DNA of 64,000 nucleotides from Bacteroidota bacterium (GCA_018268135.1 JAFDXD010000121.1:14953-78952); one strand, 5' to 3'; shown: positions 20,275 to 30,905, numbered from the stretch's first letter. Notes: generated by a model from the sequence alone, not told the origin. Program-made: numbers and translations.

Positions 20275-21024
20275 TTATTCCTCTTCTTTTTTTGCCGGGG
20301 ATGGCAACAACCCTCTTTTAAACCGGTAAGATGCATTTAAAATATACTGATCAAAAGTTACCTCATTGCTGGTAATGGTAAATTCGTAACTGGGCCTGTA
20401 CCATACCATAAAACTGTCTAAAGAATTTCCTGATAAACCGGTGATCCTTTTTACAAGGGTTTTATTAAACCGGTAATCAATGTACTTATCCTGTTCCTCT
20501 ACTAGCAGCCTTTTCTGAAAAGACTTAAGCCTTTTATTCCTGCCAAATCTAAATACATTTATCAACTGGTCTAAATCAGCGCCGGCAACACCTCCCGGCG
20601 AAATGCTGGTACTAAATCCCGGTTTTGAATAATTGAATGCTTTGCGATAAGTTTCTCTGTTTTCAATAGAATCCTTTGCATAAGGCGTACTATACACCGT
20701 TACCTCTTTTAGCAAATTATACTTACTTGGTATCTGCATGTGGATAGAAATATCAAATTCCAAAAGGTTAGGAATATCCCTTACGGGAAATTTTTGTGTA
20801 GGCCTGTTGTTGTAAAAAAAATAAATAGAATCATCATTATTAACAGAGATAGAATAGCGGCCCAAAGAATCAGTTAGGGCAAGCTTACCACCGGTACTAA
20901 TTACATGCACTTTTTCTACAAAATTTAATTTACTATTGTCCAGCACTGTACCACTTACCAGCAACTGTGCATGTAAGGGCTGAATGTTGCTAACAATAAA
21001 AAGTAAAATAATAATTTGGCGCAA
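20275..21024 (-). CDS. Hypothetical secreted protein with an N-terminal carboxypeptidase-regulatory-like domain
   Basis: 249 aa. TTG start with signal-like MRQIIILLFIVSNIQPLHAQ, then the VSGTVLD...TDSLGRYSISV motif. Confidence 0.45.
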   Translation of the reverse strand: MRQIIILLFIVSNIQPLHAQLLVSGTVLDNSKLNFVEKVHVISTGGKLALTDSLGRYSISVNNDDSIYFFYNNRPTQKFPVRDIPNLLEFDISIHMQIPSKYNLLKEVTVYSTPYAKDSIENRETYRKAFNYSKPGFSTSISPGGVAGADLDQLINVFRFGRNKRLKSFQKRLLVEEQDKYIDYRFNKTLVKRITGLSGNSLDSFMVWYRPSYEFTITSNEVTFDQYILNASYRFKRGLLPSPAKKEEE

Positions 21025-21093
21025 AGGCAGTTTGTTTTTTTGGTAATATTAATTAAGAAAATGCAATCAGGTTTACCGGATAGTTTTATTTAA

Positions 21094-21690
21094 CTATGCT
21101 TTTGCTTTTAAGATAATTTCTTCAATTGTTTTTGCATACCACTCATGCTCCAGCTTATGTATTTTATTAGCCAGCGAATCTGCATTATCCGTATCAGAAA
21201 CACTGCATTTTTTTTGTAAAATGATGCTACCATGGTCATATATTTCATCTACATAATGAATGGTAATGCCGCTTTCCTTTTCTTTGTTCAAAATAACCGC
21301 TTCATGTACATGATGGCCGTACATGCCCTTGCCGCCATACTTTGGCAATAAAGCCGGGTGAATATTTACCATTTTACCTGCAAAAGCCTGAGTTAATGCC
21401 GTCGGAATTTTCCATAAAAACCCAGCCAGAATTATCCAGCTTATCTCTTGTTGCTTTAATTCGTTCAGGCAGCTTTTATCAGAAAAAAAGTCAACTTTAT
21501 TAATCAATAAAACCGGCACATAATTTTTTTGTGCAATTTCCAACACTCCTGCCTGTGGCTTATTGCAAATCACCAGGCACACTTCGATGTACGCATGATT
21601 TTTAAAAGTTGCCATAATCTTTTCTGCATTACTGCCAGCACCCGAAGCAAAAATAGCCACCCTGATTTTTTTGTTTTTAAGCCCTTCCAT
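21094..21690 (-). CDS. purN: Phosphoribosylglycinamide formyltransferase
   Basis: IRVAIFASGAGSNAEKI and NIHPALLPKYGGKGMYG motifs. Start moved to ATG 21690 (MEGLKNKK...). Confidence 0.85.
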   Translation of the reverse strand: MEGLKNKKIRVAIFASGAGSNAEKIMATFKNHAYIEVCLVICNKPQAGVLEIAQKNYVPVLLINKVDFFSDKSCLNELKQQEISWIILAGFLWKIPTALTQAFAGKMVNIHPALLPKYGGKGMYGHHVHEAVILNKEKESGITIHYVDEIYDHGSIILQKKCSVSDTDNADSLANKIHKLEHEWYAKTIEEIILKAKA

Positions 21691-22009
21691 TTTATTGTTA
21701 ATTATTAAATCATTATCTGAAACAAAACCGGTACACTGTTTAAAGCACACTGTAACTAATTATAATAAACGCTGTAATATTTATATTATGGCAAAATTGG
21801 CATCTAAAAAAACAGATCGGCTACAAGGGCTTTCCATTTTTATGCAAATAATTTTGATAAATATGCTGCAAAAGTGCATTAAAAAATTATTAAAACATCC
21901 TGCGATTTACATCAACAGTTTTAGCTCATACCATAAAGAAATATAATGTTTAATTATTCACAATAGGCTGAAAGCCACGTCAGATATAGTAAAAAAAAAT
22001 TAACATTTC

Positions 22010-22052
22010 TTGTTTAAATGTCATATTCGTGTCTTATTTTTGCACACGAATA
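22010..22052 (+). promoter_or_regulatory. Candidate act-cox promoter (TTG ... TATTTTTG) nested in a 9-bp inverted repeat
   Basis: TATTTTTG at 22035-22042 matches the Bacteroidota -7 consensus TAnnTTTG. A TTG lies at 22010-22012. The perfect inverted repeat tattcgtgt (22024-22032) / acacgaata (22044-22052) brackets the -7 box, 32 nt before the actA ATG. Confidence 0.35.
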
Positions 22053-22083
22053 AGGATATTTTCCACATTAGCCCCGAAACTGT

Positions 22084-23370
22084 ATGAGTCGCTATAGAAA
22101 AATCATTTACCAAGCTATCGCTTGCTTTATTTTATTTGTATTTCTCTTTTCTGCTAATAATGTAATGGCACAAGATGGTGCAGCATTGTTTAAAGCAAAT
22201 TGTGCCAATTGCCATAAACCCGATAAAGATTATACCGGTCCTGCATTAAAAGGCGTAAGAGCGGGGGAACCAAGCCCTGATTGGGTTTACAAGTGGATTG
22301 AAAACCCTGCAGGGATGATTAGTACTGACCCACATGCAAAAACTTTGTTTGCAAAATTTGGGCCTACAGTAATGACTGCATTTCCTCAATTAAAAAAAGA
22401 AGAAATAGATGCCATCTTAAAATATGCTGATGATTATGTACCCGAAGGAGCAGGCGGAGCAAAAGCGCCGGGAGCAGCAACAGAAGAAGCAGGTGGCGAC
22501 AACTCATTATTATTTGGAATTCTTACTTTAGTATTAGCAGTAATTGCTTTTGTACTGTTACAGGTAAATAGTAACCTTCGCAAATTAACAGATGAAAAAG
22601 ATGGTATTCTGCGTGGCGAGCCCGTTCCATTCTATAGAAACAAAACCTATTTAATGTTAGCGGTACTTGTATTATTTACTTTGGCAGGATATTTTTTGGT
22701 AAATAGTGCTATTGGGCTTGGCCGCCAAAAAGGTTATCAGCCGGAGCAACCCATTTATTATTCTCACAAAGTACATGCAGGGGTTAATCAAATAAGTTGC
22801 TTATACTGCCATGGTGGGGCACAAGATAGTAAGCAAGCCAGCATACCTTCTGTAAACCAGTGTATGAACTGCCACATGGCCATAAAAGAATATACCGGAG
22901 AGCCAATTATAAAAGAAGATGGAAAAGAAGTAAATGGTACTGCCGAAATACAAAAACTTTACTCCTATGCCGGATGGAACCCCGATAAAAAACAATACAA
23001 TCCGGATAATAACCATGATGGCATACCTGATGGTGCAAGGCCAATTGAATGGGTAAAAATTCACAACCTCCCCGACCATGTTTATTTTAACCATAGCCAA
23101 CACGTAAAAGTAGGAAAACAACAATGTCAAACCTGTCATGGCAACATACAGGAAATGCCCGAAGTACACCAATTTGCTGAGCTAAGCATGGGATGGTGTA
23201 TCAATTGCCACAGAGAAACCAAAGTAGATTTCTATAATAAAGAAACCGGCGAAGGCAATAAATTTTATAGCATTTACGAGAAATTCCATAATGACCTTAA
23301 AAATCATAAAATGGACAGCGTAACGGTAGAAAGCATTGGTGGTACAGAGTGCCAGAAATGTCACTATTAA
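22084..23370 (+). CDS. actA: Alternative complex III subunit ActA, multihaem cytochrome c with an extra N-terminal monohaem domain
   Basis: Six CXXCH motifs (CANCH, CLYCH, CMNCH, CQTCH, CINCH, CQKCH). Signal peptide and TM segments. First gene of the act cluster. Confidence 0.8.
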   Translation: MSRYRKIIYQAIACFILFVFLFSANNVMAQDGAALFKANCANCHKPDKDYTGPALKGVRAGEPSPDWVYKWIENPAGMISTDPHAKTLFAKFGPTVMTAFPQLKKEEIDAILKYADDYVPEGAGGAKAPGAATEEAGGDNSLLFGILTLVLAVIAFVLLQVNSNLRKLTDEKDGILRGEPVPFYRNKTYLMLAVLVLFTLAGYFLVNSAIGLGRQKGYQPEQPIYYSHKVHAGVNQISCLYCHGGAQDSKQASIPSVNQCMNCHMAIKEYTGEPIIKEDGKEVNGTAEIQKLYSYAGWNPDKKQYNPDNNHDGIPDGARPIEWVKIHNLPDHVYFNHSQHVKVGKQQCQTCHGNIQEMPEVHQFAELSMGWCINCHRETKVDFYNKETGEGNKFYSIYEKFHNDLKNHKMDSVTVESIGGTECQKCHY

Positions 23371-23449
23371 AATAGGCAAAAAACTATATGGCTCATAAAG
23401 CTTTATGGTGAGTAACATTTTTTAATTTTCGAATTTTTCAAATTGTAAT

Positions 23450-26400
23450 ATGAACAATAAAAAGTACTGGCAAAATTTTGGAGACCTCACCCAGTCTGAA
23501 CGTTTTCAGGAAGACTCTAAAAAAGAGTTTAAAGAAGAATTACTTCCACTGGAAGATCTTGACAGCAAGGGATTATTAGATGCTAAAACACCCCGGAGAG
23601 ATTTTCTAAAATATTTGGGCTTTAGTACGGCTGCTGCTGCATTGGCAGCAAGTTGCGAAATGCCCGTACGCAAAGCGGTACCTTACCTTCACCGCCCCGA
23701 CGACCTCATACCGGGCGTGCCTAATTACTATGCTTCTACTTATGTAAATGCCGGCGATGCTATTAGTGTAGTAGTAAAGCAAAGAGATGGAAGGCCTATA
23801 AAAATAGAAGGGAACGAATTGTCTACAATTACAAAAGGAGGAACCAGCGCACAGGCCCAGGCCTCAGTACTGGATTTATATGACCCAACCCGTTTAAGGC
23901 ATCCACTTCAAAAATCTGGAAGCGATTTTAAAGAAGTTACAAGTTTTGACGCATTTGATAAAATGGTTGGCGATGCCATTGCCTCTGTTGCCGGTAAGCC
24001 ACTTGTATTACTTACTTCTACTATTAATTCTCCCTCAACCCTTGATATTATTACAGCTTTTTTAGCAAAATATCCCGGCAGCAGGCATGTACAATACGAT
24101 GCTGTAAGCTATAGCGGTATGCTGCTTGCAAATGAAGCCTGTTACGGCAAAAGAAGCTTACCCGTTTACCAGTTTGATAAAGCAAAAACTATTGTAAGCC
24201 TTGGCGCAGACTTTTTAGGTACCTGGTTAAATCCTGTAGAATTTAGCAGGCAATATGCTGATACCAAAAGAATAATTGGAGAGAAACCTGAGCTTAGCAG
24301 GCACATTCAGTTTGAAAGCATGATCAGTATGACCGGAAGTAATGCTGACGACCGTTTTGTACATAAACCATCAGATACTGGCGCTATTGCACTGGCCTTG
24401 CTTGCAAAAGTAGGCGGTGCCGTTACTGCCCCGGCTATTGCTGATGCTAAACTAAGCAAGGGTATTGACCTGGCAGCTTCTGCCCTCAATGCAAGCAAAG
24501 GAAGCGGACTTGTAGTATGTTCCAGCAATGATGTAAATATCCAGATTATTGTAAATGCCATCAACGAAGCAATCGGCGCTGGCGGTAACACCATCAATTG
24601 GGCCGCTACTACCAACTCACGCAAAGGGATAGACGCAGATATGGTAAAACTTGTGGCAGATATAAACAACGGAAGTATTGGCGGTTTACTGGTATATGAT
24701 TGCAACCCGGTTTTCACTTATACCGACGGTAAAAAATTGGGCGAAGCCATTGCTAAATTGCCATTGAGCGTTTCATTTAACCTGACAATGGACGAAACCA
24801 CTGAGCAATGTAAATATATTTTACCCTCTAACCACTGGCTCGAAAGTTGGGGAGATGCTGAACCAAGATCTGGTTATATTAGCGTCATTCAACCACTCAT
24901 CAATCCATTATTTAAAACAAGGCCGTTTCAAACGTCTTTATTAAAATGGAGCACTTCTGCAACTGCTACAGTAGCAGCCAAAGACTCTACCGGAAAAGCT
25001 GTAGCAGTAGTAGCACCCGGTGTACCTCATGATGTGTATGAAACTTATCATAAAAATTACTGGCTTTCTAAATTAGGAAGTACAGATAGTTGGGATAAAG
25101 CATTGCAAGATGGTGTGGTAGAACCTTCAACACCTGCGGTGTCAGCAGCAAGTTATAATGCATCAAATGTATCGGCAGCAGCCTCAAAAATAGTTTCTAA
25201 AGCAGGCGCCATAGAAGTTGTATTGTATCAAAAAGTATCTATTGGTACAGGAGCTCAGGCAAACAACCCCTGGTTGCAGGAGCTGCCCGATCCCGTTACA
25301 AAAGTAACCTGGGACAACTATGCTATGCTTAGCCCGGATCTTGCAAAAAAATTAATAGGTATTGATGTAGCTCACAATCAACGTGAGGCAGATGCTTATG
25401 AAGTGCATCCCGAAAAACCTGTTTTAAAAATTACATTAAACAATAAAACAATAGAATTACCTGCACTAATAATGCCGGGTATGCAAAATGCTACCATTGC
25501 TATAGCCGTAGGTTATGGAAGGGCAAGTATTAGTAATACTGACAGGGAGGCTAATCTCGATAGAATTGGAAGAGCCGCTTATGGAGCAGGAAAAAATGCC
25601 TACCCATTAGTAAGCTTTGATGGCAGCACATTTATTTACAATGCTGTTGCTACAGTTGAAAAAACCGGCGATACCTATCCATTGGCACAAACTCAGGTAC
25701 ATGGCTTTACAGAAGGCAGGCCCATAGTGTACGAAACTAATCTGGCAAGCTTTATTGCCAACCCCGAAGCGCTATTGGAAGAGCCAAATGAAGAAAGAAA
25801 AAAATTAGTACCAACGGGCAAAACAGATTATATTAGAGATGCCACCATCTATCCAAATTATGCTAAACCAGGCATAAAATGGGGCATGAGCATTGACTTA
25901 AATACTTGTACCGGATGTAGTGCCTGCGTAGTAGCCTGCACTGCCGAAAACAATGTAAGCGTAGTAGGAAAAACCCAGGTACAAAGAGCACATGAAATGC
26001 ACTGGCTAAGAATAGACAGGTATTTTGTAGGCGATCTTGAAAATCCGGATGTTTTATTTCAACCCATGCTTTGCCAGCATTGCGATAATGCACCCTGCGA
26101 AAATGTATGCCCCGTAGCTGCAACCAACCATAGCAGCGAAGGACTCAACCAAATGATTTATAACCGCTGTATCGGTACCAGGTATTGCGCCAATAACTGC
26201 CCGTACAAAGTACGTCGCTTCAACTGGCTCGATTTTACCGGCTCTGACAGCTTCCCTAATAACCAGGAGCCTATCAGAAATGTGGATTTAGATGAAGCCG
26301 TATTTCAAATGAATGATGACCTGGCAAGAATGGTATTGAACCCGGATGTAACTGTTCGTAGCCGTGGTGTAATGGAAAAATGTTCATTCTGCGTACAACG

Positions 26401-26707
26401 CCTGCAAGACAGTAAGCTGGAAGCAAAAAAACAACAAGACCCAACTCTTGTTAGAAATGTAAAAACAGCTTGTATGCAAGCTTGCCCTACCAATGCTATT
26501 TCATTCGGTAATGTAAATGATAAAGACAGTGATGTATATAAAATTAGAAATGTAGAGCAAACAAACCGCAATTTTTATGTAATAGAACAGCTACATACCT
26601 TACCTAACGTAAGCTATTTGGCTAAAATAAGAAATACAGACAGGAAAGTAGAAACAGATGAAGAAACTCAGGAAGAAAAACTGCAGCATCAAAAATCTGA
26701 ATCATAA
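23450..26707 (+). CDS. actB: Alternative complex III subunit ActB (fused molybdopterin-oxidoreductase-like and 4Fe-4S domains)
   Basis: 1085 aa. Twin-arginine signal PRRDFLKYLGFSTAAAALAAS. C-terminal Cys clusters CTGCSACVVAC, CQHCDNAPCENVCP, CIGTRYCANNCP. Confidence 0.85.
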   Translation: MNNKKYWQNFGDLTQSERFQEDSKKEFKEELLPLEDLDSKGLLDAKTPRRDFLKYLGFSTAAAALAASCEMPVRKAVPYLHRPDDLIPGVPNYYASTYVNAGDAISVVVKQRDGRPIKIEGNELSTITKGGTSAQAQASVLDLYDPTRLRHPLQKSGSDFKEVTSFDAFDKMVGDAIASVAGKPLVLLTSTINSPSTLDIITAFLAKYPGSRHVQYDAVSYSGMLLANEACYGKRSLPVYQFDKAKTIVSLGADFLGTWLNPVEFSRQYADTKRIIGEKPELSRHIQFESMISMTGSNADDRFVHKPSDTGAIALALLAKVGGAVTAPAIADAKLSKGIDLAASALNASKGSGLVVCSSNDVNIQIIVNAINEAIGAGGNTINWAATTNSRKGIDADMVKLVADINNGSIGGLLVYDCNPVFTYTDGKKLGEAIAKLPLSVSFNLTMDETTEQCKYILPSNHWLESWGDAEPRSGYISVIQPLINPLFKTRPFQTSLLKWSTSATATVAAKDSTGKAVAVVAPGVPHDVYETYHKNYWLSKLGSTDSWDKALQDGVVEPSTPAVSAASYNASNVSAAASKIVSKAGAIEVVLYQKVSIGTGAQANNPWLQELPDPVTKVTWDNYAMLSPDLAKKLIGIDVAHNQREADAYEVHPEKPVLKITLNNKTIELPALIMPGMQNATIAIAVGYGRASISNTDREANLDRIGRAAYGAGKNAYPLVSFDGSTFIYNAVATVEKTGDTYPLAQTQVHGFTEGRPIVYETNLASFIANPEALLEEPNEERKKLVPTGKTDYIRDATIYPNYAKPGIKWGMSIDLNTCTGCSACVVACTAENNVSVVGKTQVQRAHEMHWLRIDRYFVGDLENPDVLFQPMLCQHCDNAPCENVCPVAATNHSSEGLNQMIYNRCIGTRYCANNCPYKVRRFNWLDFTGSDSFPNNQEPIRNVDLDEAVFQMNDDLARMVLNPDVTVRSRGVMEKCSFCVQRLQDSKLEAKKQQDPTLVRNVKTACMQACPTNAISFGNVNDKDSDVYKIRNVEQTNRNFYVIEQLHTLPNVSYLAKIRNTDRKVETDEETQEEKLQHQKSES

Positions 26708-26793
26708 AAATTGTACCACAAACTATATTATTTTAAAGAACAGTTTTTATTAAATAAAGCTAATTGCTAAAGGCTAAAAAAGCTAAATAAAAT

Positions 26794-28245
26794 ATGTCAT
26801 TACTTAAATACGAATCGCAACAAAGGGAACCGCTGGTAGATGGCGATAAAGATTATCACCAGGTATCAGAAGATATTATTGGCCCCATAGAGATGAAGCC
26901 TGGAAAGCTTTGGTATATCGGCTTTTTTATAGCCCAGGCTTTGTTAATTATTGGTATTTACAGTGTGTACCGTGAGGTAGCTTATGGTATAGGACAGTGG
27001 AACCTAAATAAAACCATCGGATGGGGTTGGGATATTACCAACTTTGTGTGGTGGGTAGGTATTGGTCATGCCGGTACGCTTATTTCAGCAATCTTGTTGC
27101 TTTTCCGCCAGGGATGGAGAACAGGTGTAAACCGTGCCGCAGAAGCGATGACAATCTTTGCCGTAATGTGTGCAGGGCAGTTTCCAATATGGCATATGGG
27201 TCGTGTGTGGATGGCCTTCTTTGTAATGCCTTATCCAAATACCCGCGGGCCTTTATGGGTAAACTTTAACTCTCCACTACTTTGGGATGTATTTGCAATC
27301 TCTACTTACTTTACTGTATCATTATTATTCTGGTATTCGGGCCTTATACCTGACTTAGCATTGGTAAGAGACAGGGCAAAAACAAAGCTTCGCAAAATGT
27401 TATATGGCATAGCTTCTTTTGGCTGGACGGGAAGTACCAAGCACTGGCAGCGCCATGAATCTCTTTCATTGGTATTGGCTGGGTTAAGTACTCCATTGGT
27501 ACTTTCAGTACACACCATCGTATCTTTTGACTTTGCCACTTCAGTAATTCCGGGCTGGCATACCACTATATTTCCACCTTACTTTGTGGCCGGGGCCATT
27601 TTCTCAGGCTTTGCAATGGTACAAACCCTGTTAATAGTAGTAAGAAAAGTAATGAATTTAAAAGACTACATTACACTGGGGCATATTGAGGCCATGAATA
27701 AAGTGATTGTGCTTACAGGTAGTATAGTAGGTTGCGCTTATCTTACAGAATTATTTATAGCCTGGTATAGCGGAAACCCTTACGAACAATGGGCTTTTTT
27801 CCAAAGCAGGGCAAACCTTTTCTCTCCTTACGGATGGAGCTACTGGTTGATGATGTTCTGTAATGTGGTATCACCTCAGCTATTCTGGAGCAGAAAATTA
27901 AGAAGAAATATTACGGTTACATTTTTCATGAGTATCATCGTAAATATAGGAATGTGGTACGAGCGTTTTGTAATTATCGTTACTTCCATTTACAGGGATT
28001 TTTTACCAAGTAGCTGGAGCACCTACTATAGCCCAAGTATTTACGAAATAGGATTTTACCTCGGTACATTCGGATTATTCTTTACCTGCTTCTTCTTATT
28101 TGCCAAATTCTTCCCGGTAATTGCTGTAGCAGAAATTAAAGCAATCTTAAAAACGAGTGGCGAAAACTATAAAGTGAAAATGACACAGATGGAAAAAGAG
28201 GATGCAGAGAAATTTTATTTAGACGAAGTGGAGCATGCTCACTAG
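26794..28245 (+). CDS. actC: Alternative complex III subunit ActC (NrfD/PsrC-like quinol-binding membrane subunit)
   Basis: 483 aa polytopic membrane protein directly after actB. NrfD-like hydrophobic pattern. Confidence 0.8.
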   Translation: MSLLKYESQQREPLVDGDKDYHQVSEDIIGPIEMKPGKLWYIGFFIAQALLIIGIYSVYREVAYGIGQWNLNKTIGWGWDITNFVWWVGIGHAGTLISAILLLFRQGWRTGVNRAAEAMTIFAVMCAGQFPIWHMGRVWMAFFVMPYPNTRGPLWVNFNSPLLWDVFAISTYFTVSLLFWYSGLIPDLALVRDRAKTKLRKMLYGIASFGWTGSTKHWQRHESLSLVLAGLSTPLVLSVHTIVSFDFATSVIPGWHTTIFPPYFVAGAIFSGFAMVQTLLIVVRKVMNLKDYITLGHIEAMNKVIVLTGSIVGCAYLTELFIAWYSGNPYEQWAFFQSRANLFSPYGWSYWLMMFCNVVSPQLFWSRKLRRNITVTFFMSIIVNIGMWYERFVIIVTSIYRDFLPSSWSTYYSPSIYEIGFYLGTFGLFFTCFFLFAKFFPVIAVAEIKAILKTSGENYKVKMTQMEKEDAEKFYLDEVEHAH

Positions 28246-28283
28246 AATGGTACTTTATTTTGAATTTTAAATTTTGAACATAT

Positions 28284-28874
28284 ATGGCTGGAGGAATTAA
28301 AAAATTTGTAGTTGGCTCTTTTACTGATGAAGCAGTATTGTTTCCGGCAGTAAAAAATGTACGCAAAGCAGGCTATAAAATTCACGATGTTTATACCCCT
28401 TTTCCTGTACATGGGTTAGACCATGCATTGGGAATAAGAGAAACAAGCTTGCATACAGCAGGTTTCATTTATGGTATTACCGGTACTACCACTGCCCTGG
28501 GTTTCATTACCTGGATATTGGTAAAAGACTGGCCATTGAACTTTGGCGGCAAACCGCATTTTTCATTACCTGCGTGGATACCCATTACATTTGAGCTTAC
28601 CGTTTTATTTTCTGCCATTGGGATGGTACTTACATTCTGTTACCTGTGTACACTGGCACCGTTTGTAAAAAAACACCATTTTCATCAAAGGGCCACCGAC
28701 GATAGGTTTGTAATGGCCATTGAATGTACAGATAAAACCAATGATGCAGAAGTACAAAGCTTTTTACAAAGTACCGGTGCTCAGGAAATAAATGTACAGG
28801 TAGCAGAAACAGGATGGTGGATAGGAACCTATGACAGGGAACAAAAACTTTACAAAGAAGAAAAGGGATACTAG
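28284..28874 (+). CDS. actD: Alternative complex III subunit ActD (DUF3341)
   Basis: 196 aa. Soluble N-terminal part, two TM segments, and the expected position in the cluster. Confidence 0.7.
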   Translation: MAGGIKKFVVGSFTDEAVLFPAVKNVRKAGYKIHDVYTPFPVHGLDHALGIRETSLHTAGFIYGITGTTTALGFITWILVKDWPLNFGGKPHFSLPAWIPITFELTVLFSAIGMVLTFCYLCTLAPFVKKHHFHQRATDDRFVMAIECTDKTNDAEVQSFLQSTGAQEINVQVAETGWWIGTYDREQKLYKEEKGY

Positions 28875-28907
28875 TTTTTTGATAATTGTTTAATTGATAA
28901 AGAATAA

Positions 28908-29537
28908 ATGAAACATAAAATATCCATAGCAGCAATTATACTTGTAGCAGCAATATTTACAACAAGCTCTTGCGATAGTAAGCGTGAGCCCGGAAAAGTG
29001 TATATGCCTGATATGGCATATAGCAGGGCATACGAGTCTTATGCAGAGCATGACTCTATCTTTACAAGAGAAGTAAATGATAAAGGCGGTAAGCTTATTT
29101 TTTATAATGAAATGGCTCCCGATGGAACAATAAAAAGAGGAGAGCTTTTTCCGGACAACCTTACCAATGACAGTACAGGTTATAATATGAGCGCCCTTGT
29201 AAAAAACCCTTTAGGCAACCTCAGCAAAGAAGATATGGAAGAAGCCGCAAGGTTATTTAACATCAACTGTGCTATTTGCCATGGCGAAAAAGGTACTGCA
29301 AGCGGGCCACTTTCAAGTAAAATAGGTGGTATTGCCAACCTAACCCTGCCCAACTATGTAGAAATGGCCGACGGTACAATGTTTCATAGCATTACCTATG
29401 GTAAAAACAATATGGGAAGCTATGCATCTCAGGTTTCAAGAAAACAAAGATGGATGATAATAAAATATATAAGAACGTTACAACCAAAAACAGGAGCCGC
29501 TACAAAAACAGACAGTGCTATTGTAGCAAAAAAATAA
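28908..29537 (+). CDS. actE: Alternative complex III subunit ActE, monohaem cytochrome c lipoprotein
   Basis: Single CAICH haem motif. Lipobox-like TTSSC after the signal peptide. Confidence 0.75.
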   Translation: MKHKISIAAIILVAAIFTTSSCDSKREPGKVYMPDMAYSRAYESYAEHDSIFTREVNDKGGKLIFYNEMAPDGTIKRGELFPDNLTNDSTGYNMSALVKNPLGNLSKEDMEEAARLFNINCAICHGEKGTASGPLSSKIGGIANLTLPNYVEMADGTMFHSITYGKNNMGSYASQVSRKQRWMIIKYIRTLQPKTGAATKTDSAIVAKK

Positions 29538-29567
29538 TTTAAGCAATTAACACAAATAAAATATTAG

Positions 29568-30821
29568 ATGAATCATCATTTTGAAATACCTGGAAGTTAC
29601 AAAAAATGGACAATGGGCCTCATTATTGTAGGCGTTATTGCATTGCTATATGGCTTTATTGCTTTTCATCCCTTTGAACATGCAGGGCATGGAGCCAATA
29701 CAAACAGCACCCGCTTTTGGGCTTCACTTTTACAAAACAGTGTATATTGGCTGCTTACTGTAAATGCAGCAATGTTTTTTATTTGCGTTACTACCATGGC
29801 AATGGGCGGATGGCAGGTGTCTATGCGCAGAGTGCCCGAAGCTATTGCAAGCCTGGTACCGGTTCTTGGTATAATATGTTTTATCATATTAATGATTATT
29901 GTGTGGGGAGGCCGTACAGATATTTATCACTGGCTTGATAAAGATGCTGTAGCTGCCGATAAAGCACTTAGTGGTAAAAGCGGCTTTTTAAGCCCTTGGT
30001 TTTTTACTATCTGGTCTGCCATCACTATTGGATTATGGTCTTTACTTGGCCGTAAAATAAGAACCATGAGCCTTGAAACCGACAAACACGGTACCATGGA
30101 TTTTGAAACAGGAAAAAAATGGGTTTGGAAAAATACCATCTGGGCATCTTTGTTTACTGTATTTTTTGGCCTCACAGTTGCTTCTACTATTCCCTGGTTA
30201 TGGCTTATGAGTATTGACCCCCATTGGTACAGTACAATGTATAGCTGGTACACATTTGCAAGCACATTTGTATCTGGCCTGGCGCTGATAGCAGTATTTG
30301 TAATCTATCTAAAAAATAGAGGCCAGCTTGAATATGTTACAGACGAACATCTGCATGATTTGGGTAAATTTATATTTGCATTCTCTATATTTTGGGCCTA
30401 TGTTTGGTTTGCCCAATACATGCTAATATGGTATAGTAACCAACCGGAAGAAACCAGGTATTTTGTTGACAGAATTGGTACTGCACAACAAAGAGGAGCC
30501 TACTACGGTATCTTCATGTTTAACCTGATAGTAAATTTCATATTCCCATTATTGATATTGATGAAAAAAGGAACCAAAAGAAACTGGACGATTATGACAT
30601 TTACTGCTGTACTCATCGTATTTGGCCACTGGTTAGATTTTTATCAAATGGTAATGCCCGGTACGGTAGGCGATAAAGGAGAATTAATGCCTTTTGAATT
30701 TGGAATTGCCTGCTTATTTGTAGGAATCATTATGTGGGGTGTGGGTAAAACTTTATCAAAGCATTCAATGCTATCAAAGAACCATCCTTTCTTAAAAGAA
30801 AGTATGATACACCACACGTAG
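29568..30821 (+). CDS. actF: Alternative complex III subunit ActF (second NrfD-like membrane subunit)
   Basis: 417 aa polytopic membrane protein closing the act cluster. Confidence 0.7.
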   Translation: MNHHFEIPGSYKKWTMGLIIVGVIALLYGFIAFHPFEHAGHGANTNSTRFWASLLQNSVYWLLTVNAAMFFICVTTMAMGGWQVSMRRVPEAIASLVPVLGIICFIILMIIVWGGRTDIYHWLDKDAVAADKALSGKSGFLSPWFFTIWSAITIGLWSLLGRKIRTMSLETDKHGTMDFETGKKWVWKNTIWASLFTVFFGLTVASTIPWLWLMSIDPHWYSTMYSWYTFASTFVSGLALIAVFVIYLKNRGQLEYVTDEHLHDLGKFIFAFSIFWAYVWFAQYMLIWYSNQPEETRYFVDRIGTAQQRGAYYGIFMFNLIVNFIFPLLILMKKGTKRNWTIMTFTAVLIVFGHWLDFYQMVMPGTVGDKGELMPFEFGIACLFVGIIMWGVGKTLSKHSMLSKNHPFLKESMIHHT

Positions 30822-30905
30822 TATTTTTTTGAAAATAATTGTAGAAAAAAAATAAGGTATATAATCTTTTAAAACAAAGATTGAGCAGACTTAAAAATTT
30901 ATAAA

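Noticed and set aside
21671-21946. 91-aa plus-strand ORF upstream of actA
   Set aside because: It starts antisense inside purN, has a Lys/Ile/Leu-rich AT-bias composition, and has no support.
24307-24717. 136-aa minus-strand ORF inside actB
   Set aside because: It is antisense to a strongly supported 1085-aa gene. Its Ala/Ser/Leu-rich composition is typical of a shadow frame. The same reasoning applies to 25863-26123, 26305-26571, 27306-27566, 29927-30265, 31271-31840 and 33005-33238.
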